Origin: an uncultured delta proteobacterium
GTDB lineage: Bacteria > Desulfobacterota > Binatia > UBA9968
DNA length: 23,367 bases
Assembly (NCBI GenBank): GCA_963755715.1
Contig: CAVWLW010000019.1
Coordinates: 1 to 23,367 of the forward strand
Reading direction: 5' to 3'
Below are positions 18,390-23,367 of the stretch, one piece after another. The notes under the pieces were generated by a model, which was not told the DNA's origin, made no database searches, and was given only the letters and a program-made list of their open reading frames with translations. The first letter of the stretch is position 1. Each line of letters begins with the position of its first letter. The position numbers were made by a program, and so were the translations under genes.

Positions 18390-18931
18390 AACCCGCTCGC
18401 TCCCTTGGCGCTTGGCGTACAACCGTTGGAGCGTGGTTGTCAAGTTAGAAGTGGATAGCCTAGAGTGCCGTTACTTCGACATAGTTACTTCGAGAAGCTG
18501 TCTCGGCGCCGATCTTGGCACAAAGGGAAGATTGCATCGGATGAAGCGAATTTTACTCGCTGTCGTATGGAAGTGATTTCGGTTCTATTCAACCGGATCA
18601 GCCTGGATCTGCTGTGGCCGAAAAACCCTTCCTGCCATTGTTTATTTTTCCTTTTAATTTATTTTGCAGTTGAAGACGAACAAACAACTGTTTCAGCGAC
18701 TTTCGCGGCCGAGTCGGAGGAAAATTAGCAAGTCGATGGACCATGAGGACAATTCGTGTCATCACTCTGCCGGGTCTATTCCTGAGTACATTGCACTCGG
18801 GTGAGACGTTGTTGCCACCAACAGCCGACCGCGTGCACGCTTGCCTAAGGACCGTGAAAATTACCCATGCCACCGTGCGCTTGTCAGTCATATCGAAAAG
18901 TATGGCCTCATCGATCTCGCAAGGAGGCTGA

Positions 18932-20952
18932 ATGGACCAAAACAAACTGAACAGTGAATCTTGGCCAGCGACTGCGATCGTCATTTCTATGCTGAACGAG
19001 CAAAGCAATAAACGGTTTGCGGTTGTTGGTCTACTGGGTATGGCGATCGACCTTCTCATGTTTCGAATGTTGGTTGCCAAGGGGGTCAATCCCGACTTGT
19101 CTCAAGTGGCCAGTTTTTTTTCGGGAGCGATCGTCAATTTCGCTTTAAACGCTCGCGCCATGACTGCACAATCCGCGGAATCTGGCAGTACGCTCACGCC
19201 GATGCTGTATGGTCGTTTCCTCGTCGTGTCTTTGCTCGCACTGTTTCTTCGTAGTGCAGTTCTCTCGGTGCTGACTAGGACCTGGCACTGGCAACTGCAG
19301 ATAGCCATCCTGGTGGCAATTCTTACCGGTGCCGCTGTGCTTTTCATCGGCACTGTTCTGTTTGTTGTTCCTAAGTGTTGGTCAAGGGATTGGTCGGCAG
19401 TCGAGTGGCAGGTGGTCACGATTGCCATCCTAGCCTACGTCTTGGTGCTGAGGGCGGTGTTCATGCCGTTGGTGGACCTGATTCCGGAGGAAGCCTACTA
19501 TTGGAACTACGCGCAGCATTTGGATCTAAGTTATCTGGACCATCCCCCCATGGTTGGGTGGCTAATCTGGCTTTCCACGTCTGTACTTGGAAAATCCGAG
19601 TTTGCGGTTCGGCTGCCGGCCTATATCTGCTGGATCGTTGCTGCGCTCTTCATGTTCCGCCTTACTTTGAATCTCTTCGATAGAACCACCGCTTTTCGGG
19701 TCGTCTTGCTCCTCGCGGTGTTGCCGATTTATTTCGGATTGGGTTTTTTTATGACCCCGGACGCTCCTCTGTACGCTGCCTGGGCCGGTTGCCTCTACTT
19801 TTTGCAGCGCGCTCTCCTCGCACAGGACCACAAAGCGTGGTGCGGAGTTGGCATTTGCATGGGAGTGGGAATGCTCTCTAAATATACAGTCGTGCTCCTC
19901 GGTTTGGGAACCCTGACATTTCTGCTCCTCGATGCGCGCTCCCGACGATGGTTCCTGCGTCCTGAGCCCTATCTCGCGGCCGTTATCGCTCTTGTGCTTT
20001 TCACTCCGGTGCTGGTCTGGAACATGAGACACGATTGGATATCGTTTATGTTTCAGGGACCGGACCGTCTGGCGAGTTCTCCAAAGTTCTCCCTTCATGT
20101 TCTCATCGGCTCGGTTTTTCTTCTGCTCACTCCAACAGCGTTGTTTGGCATCGCCAAGGTTCTCCTGCCTCAAAGCGTAGCGAAATCGTCAGGCTCCGAT
20201 CAGCTCTCCGCCGAACGCCGACGGTATTTCTGGGCGCTTAGTTTCACCTCAGTGCTGCTATCGGTATTTGTGATTTACAGCCTGCGCCATCAGGTAAAAC
20301 TCAACTGGACCGCCCCGGTCTGGCTGGCGGCGATTCCTCTGGCCGCCCGGGACATGGTGCCCCGCCCGTATGAGATCGCGGGCTCGGTAGCGAAATTGAT
20401 TCGACGATTGTGGCTGCCGACCATCATCGGTCTCCTGATCATCCATGGCGCGGGGTTCTATTATCTTTCGTTAGGATTGCCGGGCGCCGGCCCTGTAGCT
20501 CCGAAACATCTTTTCGCGCCGTGGCGGCTGCTCGGCGAAAAAGTGGCAATAATCGAGGCGACGGTCGAAGCTGAAACGAAGTCTAAACCGGTTATCGTTG
20601 GAATGGACAAAAACTTCATTTCAAGTGAGTTGAGTTTTTACGCTTTTGCGGATCATAAGGGACTGACCAACACCGGAGGGCCGCATTTTTTTGGCGAACG
20701 CAGCCTCATGTGGGAATTTTGGCTTCCTGGTTCGGCGGTGCTTGGGAAGAAATTTTCTCATGATCGACTTCGATCGGCGCAGGCTGTCCGACCCGTCGTT
20801 ATCGCAGCATTTCGACACGACGAGCGACGTGTCGACTGAAGCACTTGGAGCGAGACGGTCGAGCAGTAGGTACTTTCTACTGGCGGGTTGGCTATCGGTA
20901 TCACGGTCTTACCGGAAACACGAAGAAGGGTGGAAGTCCCGAGTCCGATTGA
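18932..20952 (+). CDS. GtrA-like domain fused to a GT-C glycosyltransferase (GT39/ArnT, PMT_2-like), two frameshifts in the C-terminal domain
   Basis: AGGAGG RBS; N-terminal RFAVVGLLGMAIDLLMF..A..ASF..GAIVNFALN (GtrA-like); then IPEEAYYWNYAQHLDLSYLDHPPMV, SEFAVRLP, MTPDAP, GMLSKY, PVLVWN. Indels at ~20748 and ~20848 restore LGRNFLMIDFD...DGRAVGTFYWRVGYRY...ESD* (stop 20950-20952). Confidence 0.85.
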
Positions 20953-21078
20953 ATCCCGCTGAAGAAGTGCGGCGAACCGGTCTGTCCGTGGCAAAAGCGA
21001 TCTTTGACGCCGAATTGGTCAAACAAACCGTTTCAAGCGGCATTGGCACACAATCCCACCTTCAATGGGGACGTTTGA

Positions 21079-21107
21079 TTGACACCCGATAACTGCTTTG
21101 TTATCCC
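21079..21107 (+). promoter_or_regulatory. Candidate sigma70 promoter with an overlapping palindromic operator
   Basis: Perfect TTGACA (21079-21084), 17-nt spacer, TGn-TATCCC; GATAAC-N6-GTTATC at 21088-21105. Confidence 0.5.
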
Positions 21108-21136
21108 CACAGCAGGATTACCGCACGAGGAGAACG

Positions 21137-22159
21137 ATGGTTTTGATGCTGCAAAAGTATTTTCAAATTCTTACGCTACTAGTGATTCCTTCCATCATGC
21201 CCGCTGTCGCCGCCGCCCAGGCGCGCACTAAGATGGTCGTTGGCTACGCTTCGATGAGCTCGGTGGCGACGACTTTGTGGGTCGCGCAGGAAAAGGGCTT
21301 TTTTGCCAAGAACGGTATCGACGTGCAAACCGTTTTTATTCCCGGGTCGCCGACACTCATTGCGACGATCAATACCGGTGACGTGCACTTGGCCTACACC
21401 GGCGGCACAGCGACCTTGGGCGCCGCGGTCGGCGGGCTGGACATGAAGATTCTCGCGGCCTTTTCCAATCACGTGCAGAATGATTTCGTAGTTCGCCCGG
21501 AAATCAAAACACCCGGGGATGTCAAGGGGAAACGGGTCGGAGTTACGAGCATCGGCGGTACGGGCTGGATGTCGGCGCTGCTGACGATGGAACAGATCGG
21601 CTTGAGCGCGGAGCGCGACAAAATCTTGCTTGCCGCCTTCGGCGACCAGAGAGTGATCAGTCAGGCGCTGGAAACCGGCACGATTCAAGGCGCAGCTCTG
21701 GCGGGAGTTTTTAGCCAACGACTCAAACGCATGGGCTACAATTTCCTCGGCGACGTGGAAAAAATTGCGCTGGTGGGCACGGCGGTTGTCGTCAAGGCGG
21801 ATTATCTTGCCAGCCATCAGGCACTTGTGCGGAGCGCCTTGCGGGCGCTGATGGAGGGCCAGGGTTATCTGCTCAATCCTGCCAATAAACCGGCGGTGAT
21901 GGAAATCATGACCAAGAAGCTTGGAATTACGGATTCGGTGTCGGCTAACGACGGCTACGAAGATTATGTGCGCCGCACCGATCGCAAAGCCGTCGTCAGC
22001 ATCGACGGGTTAAAGAACATCCAGCGCTTCATGAAGCTGCGCAATCCCAAGATCGGCGATATCAACCTGGACCGGTTGGTTGACGAGAGCATTCTCCGTG
22101 ATTTGGAAAAGAGCGGGGTTCTCGAACAAACATTGAGCGTCAAAGGCGCTGCACGCTAA
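21137..22159 (+). CDS. ABC-type substrate-binding protein, SsuA/TauA/NMT1 family
   Basis: GAGGAG RBS before ATG 21137, signal peptide ending AAA-Q, LWVAQEKGFFAKNGIDV, IKTPGDVKGKRVGVTSIGG, VDESILRDLEKSG. Confidence 0.88.
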   Translation: MVLMLQKYFQILTLLVIPSIMPAVAAAQARTKMVVGYASMSSVATTLWVAQEKGFFAKNGIDVQTVFIPGSPTLIATINTGDVHLAYTGGTATLGAAVGGLDMKILAAFSNHVQNDFVVRPEIKTPGDVKGKRVGVTSIGGTGWMSALLTMEQIGLSAERDKILLAAFGDQRVISQALETGTIQGAALAGVFSQRLKRMGYNFLGDVEKIALVGTAVVVKADYLASHQALVRSALRALMEGQGYLLNPANKPAVMEIMTKKLGITDSVSANDGYEDYVRRTDRKAVVSIDGLKNIQRFMKLRNPKIGDINLDRLVDESILRDLEKSGVLEQTLSVKGAAR

Positions 22160-22177
22160 TCAGGAAAGGATACATGT

Positions 22178-23262
22178 ATGGCGATTGATGGCATGAAAGT
22201 GATCGACCTCGACAGTCATCTAGTCGGGGACTTGGAGAGCTGGGAGCAAACCGTCGAAGCGAAATATAAAGAGTTCCTGCCGCGCAAGCTGCCGACCAAA
22301 GACAACGAGCGGCGCAAGACGCTGGTCGGCAACCAAATCATGGTCGGTTCCGAGCTCGGCCGGCAAAAAGCCGAAAAGAAAGAGTGGGTCACCGAAGCCG
22401 ATCTGACGCCCCAAGGCCGTGTGCGCAACATGGATCTTGACGGCATCGACGTGGCGGTGCTGTCGCCCAATTCGCCGGCGCTCGATATTCTCTGGTTCGC
22501 CGACGATCCGGAATTGGCCGCGGCCTATGCTCGCGCCCAGAACAATTACATGAACTGGTACGCTTCGCAGCAGCAGGGACGGCTTATGTGGGCCGGGGTG
22601 ATTCCGCTGCAGGATACCAAGGAAGCGATCAAAGAATTGCACCGATCACGCGAGCTCGGCAGCAAGGCGCTCAACGTCAAGGCGACGCCGATCCCCGGCA
22701 AAGAATGGTGGGATCCGCACTTCGATCCGATCTTCGCCGAATTGGAAAAAACCAAGACGCCGATCATTTTTCACGATACCAAGACCGGCTCCATGGGACA
22801 CGAGCGCTTCGCCAATAATTTTTTCTTCTCGCACATGGTCGGTCGCACCATCGAGAGCATGGTTTGCTTGATGGTCTATCTCTGCGGCGGCATCATGGAG
22901 AAGCACCCGGATCTTAAAATCATCTGTCTCGAAACCGGCGCGTCGCAAATGCCTTGGTGGCTATCGCGCATGGACGAGCATTGGGAAAAACTGCCGCATC
23001 TCGTGCCGTGGAGAAGCGCAAATCGTCGGATATTTTCAACCAGAGCGTGTACGTCGGCTGCGAGCCCTTCGAGGACGGCTTATTCGAATGGGCGGTGAAA
23101 TTCTCGGTGGTGATCGGCTGGTGCTCGTCATCGTTCGCCCCACTGGGATTCATCCCAGCCGGGAAGTCATGGGTCCGGTCGCGAAGAGCATGAAGATTTC
23201 CCAGGAGAATAAAAAAAAGCGTTGGCGAAAACGAAAACGAATTGCTCGGGCTCGGGTTGTGA
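22178..23262 (+). CDS. Amidohydrolase family 2 protein; the 3' part carries multiple frameshifts
   Basis: VIDLDSHL, MDLDGIDVAVLSP, ARAQNNY, IIFHD, GGIMEKHPDLKIICLE, RMDEHWE. After ~23010, fragments SDIFNQSVYVGCEP, EILGGDRLV, PHWDS and LLGLGL* (stop 23260-23262) fall in shifting frames. Confidence 0.85.
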
Positions 23263-23367
23263 TAAGGGTACACACATTCCGATCTTCATGATTTACTGAG
23301 CGTCGCTAAAGCGGAACAACGTAAGCTGATCAACGGGCATTTGCCAACTAAGGAGATCAAATGGCTT

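Noticed and set aside
18465-19089. Small ORFs upstream of or antisense to the glycosyltransferase (87, 62 and 163 aa)
   Set aside because: No motifs, no clear RBS and mutually overlapping; no recognisable GT2 remnant.

Overview
GC-rich bacterial chromosomal segment. The gene style (many stand-alone SsuA/NMT1-type binding proteins, Amidohydro_2 enzymes, an LLM, a Bug/TctC protein, GTCAT-type REP palindromes) resembles uncultured Binatia/deltaproteobacteria-like soil lineages; this is an inference only. Left to right: (1) the edge of an integrative element, with a frameshifted tyrosine integrase converging on the 3' end of tRNA-Lys(UUU) and candidate arm/IHF sites between them; (2) a minus-strand oppA-[accB-accC]-oppB-oppC block, where a biotin carrier/biotin carboxylase pair flanked by REP-like elements separates the peptide ABC genes; (3) a ~9 kb plus-strand catabolic-type cluster (M19 dipeptidase, lone Mo-hydroxylase large subunit, M20 hydrolase with a non-canonical metal site, SBP, LLM oxidoreductase, SBP, Amidohydro_2); (4) a minus-strand SBP plus Bug/TctC pair; (5) a GtrA-GT39/ArnT-like glycosyltransferase fusion; (6) a second SBP + Amidohydro_2 pair. 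Eight genes show small frameshifts (seven clear, oppA suspected), most likely long-read indel errors, so several boundaries were corrected by hand against the ORF track. No CRISPR array, rRNA or transposase was seen. The best candidates for undescribed biology are the repeated 'orphan SBP + enzyme' cassettes, the altered M20 enzyme and its operon, and the REP-flanked accBC pair lacking a carboxyltransferase.
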